A DNA stretch of 64,000 nucleotides from Oscillospiraceae bacterium (GTDB lineage Bacteria > Bacillota > Clostridia > Oscillospirales > WRJC01), in NCBI GenBank assembly GCA_009783265.1, contig WRHM01000009.1, forward strand, positions 29,339 through 93,338. Reading direction: 5' to 3'. A program made the translations under genes and the position numbers. Shown in pieces: positions 62,889 to 64,000 of this stretch. The first letter of the stretch is position 1; every line of letters starts with the position of its first letter. The notes under the pieces were generated by a model. That model saw only the letters and a program-made list of their open reading frames with translations. It was not told where the DNA came from and searched no databases.

Positions 62889-64000
62889 ATGCGGAGAAGA
62901 TTGCTATTAATTATTTTAATAATATTAACAATTCTTTCGGGATGCGCAAAAACTAATGATTTAAGCAATATCGGAGATATTCATGTCGGGCAATTACAGA
63001 GACCAAATAATTTAGATTTAGATTCGGATTCAGATGCAACTGTAAACGCAAACGCAGAAACAAAAGATACAATATCAGATATTGATTTAAATACTGATAC
63101 TCATACTGATATTAATAATGAAATTGACGAAACTGAAAATCCGGAACCGGATTCGACTGATAATTCAAAAAGTTCAAAAAATACTGAAAATACTGAAGAT
63201 ACTAAGAATACTAAGAATACTAAGAATTATGAAACAACGCCTGAGCCAATTCAGGAATCGAAAAAGCCAACGGAAACTCAGGCAAACACAGAAGCTACAA
63301 CTGAAATTAAAAATATCACGGAAACGACTGTAAGAATTACCGAAACGCCAACCCGTCCAATTCAAACTCAGGAACCCACAAAACCGGCAACTACAACGCC
63401 TACACCTACGCCTACCGCTCCTCCGCCAGTAACAGTAGTCGAAGTTTCTTCGGTAAATATATCCGAAAACGCGCTCTCTATGAATAAAAACGGCACATAC
63501 TTTTTGACAGCATCTGTGAGCCCGTCAAACGCCACAAATCAAACTTTGGCATGGGAATCAAGCAATTCGTCGGTGGTATCCGTAAAAAATGGCAAGTTGA
63601 CTGCATTGTCGGCAGGTTCGGCTGTAATCACAGTTAAAAGTAACAACGGGAAAACCGCTCAGTGCAACGTGACCGTAACAGTCCCCGTCCAGTCGATAAC
63701 AGTTAAAGTAAATCAAAAAGAAGTAAACAAAGGCACAGAATTTGAAGCTGTTATTGAAATATTTCCATCAGATGCGACCGATAAATCGTTTACTGTTTCT
63801 TCAAGCAACGAAAATATTTTAAGAAAATCCGGAAGCAAATGGCTTGCTTACGGTGCGGGGACTGCGAAAATTACTGCGAGTTCGTCCAACGGAATCACTG
63901 GAAGTTTTGAAGTTGCAGTAGTTGTTCCGGTCGAATCAGTTAAATTTGAAACGGCGCAAAAAACCGTAAAACGTTATGATACCTTCACACTTAATCCTAC
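62889..64000 (+). CDS. Lipoprotein with low-complexity acidic/Thr-Pro linker and bacterial Ig-like (Big_2) repeats; 3' end beyond window
   Basis: GGGAGG RBS and lipobox ILSGC. Big_2-like units follow (VSPSNATNQTLAWESSNSSVVSV.NGKLTALSAGSAVITV). Frame is open to base 64000. Absent from the ORF track because there is no stop in the window. Confidence 0.75.
   Translation, partial: MRRRLLLIILIILTILSGCAKTNDLSNIGDIHVGQLQRPNNLDLDSDSDATVNANAETKDTISDIDLNTDTHTDINNEIDETENPEPDSTDNSKSSKNTENTEDTKNTKNTKNYETTPEPIQESKKPTETQANTEATTEIKNITETTVRITETPTRPIQTQEPTKPATTTPTPTPTAPPPVTVVEVSSVNISENALSMNKNGTYFLTASVSPSNATNQTLAWESSNSSVVSVKNGKLTALSAGSAVITVKSNNGKTAQCNVTVTVPVQSITVKVNQKEVNKGTEFEAVIEIFPSDATDKSFTVSSSNENILRKSGSKWLAYGAGTAKITASSSNGITGSFEVAVVVPVESVKFETAQKTVKRYDTFTLNP
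63180..63224 (+). repeat. In-frame 9-bp tandem repeat (AATACTGAA x2, GATACTAAG, AATACTAAG x2)
   Basis: Encodes NTENTEDTKNTKNTK within the lipoprotein linker. Confidence 0.85.

Noticed and set aside
63118-63365. Track ORFs with striking repeats (..ILKILKILRILRILRIM.. on plus, ..ILSILSILSIFSIFSIF on minus).
   Set aside because: These are out-of-frame and antisense readings of the 9-bp tandem repeat inside the long Big_2 lipoprotein ORF (62889->64000). That ORF has an RBS, a lipobox and domain content.
1-64000. Search for CRISPR arrays, rRNA/tRNA genes, transposases and integrases.
   Set aside because: No regularly spaced direct repeats, no rRNA/tRNA-like conserved blocks, and no DDE/tyrosine/serine recombinase motifs were recognised in any ORF of the track.

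Overview
This window looks like a chromosomal segment of a low-GC, AT-rich Gram-positive anaerobe (Bacillota/Clostridia-like; consensus sigma-A promoters, GGAGG-type RBSs). That is inference from sequence style only.

Most of the content is ordinary. It includes carbohydrate and sugar-acid genes (GH5, GH3, AGE-family epimerase, enolase-superfamily dehydratase, SDRs, RraA-like aldolase, galactokinase) and transporters (amino-acid ABC, two exporter-type ABC pairs, FtsX-type ABC, MFS, CDF). It also includes housekeeping genes (birA, lipoate-protein ligase, glyA, aspartate-racemase family, IPMS/homocitrate-synthase family) and a complete V-type ATPase operon (about 51.0-61.4 kb).

No rRNA, tRNA, CRISPR array, transposase or integrase is visible.

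Several things stand out:
1. Four unrelated, promoterless single genes are each bounded by the same 5' core (GGAAATTTAT, extended to TAGGAAATTTATAT in three cases) and the same 3' 15-mer (ATAAGCATTTTCTTC). They are an SBP, two GNATs and an M1-like peptidase. They sit co-directionally inside or next to host operons. One splits ntpB from ntpD and is flanked by an 11-bp direct repeat. This looks like an undescribed cassette-type mobile or recombination system with no recombinase in the window.
2. A convergent small hydrophobic ORF and sRNA pair has the layout of a type I toxin-antitoxin.
3. A four-helix leader upstream of the CDF transporter looks like a NiCo (czcD) riboswitch.
4. A GC-rich palindromic repeat family (TAGGGGCG...) occurs twice as inverted pairs. 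One pair brackets the RBS and start codon of ntpA and is partly translated.
5. An AraC HTH is fused to an APH(6)-like domain whose catalytic residues are replaced.
6. An orphan module of a sensor-like membrane protein, a holin and a GH25-M23 endolysin has no prophage context.
7. There are several small-ORF or leader candidates.

All functional calls come from motif recognition by eye. No database search was run.
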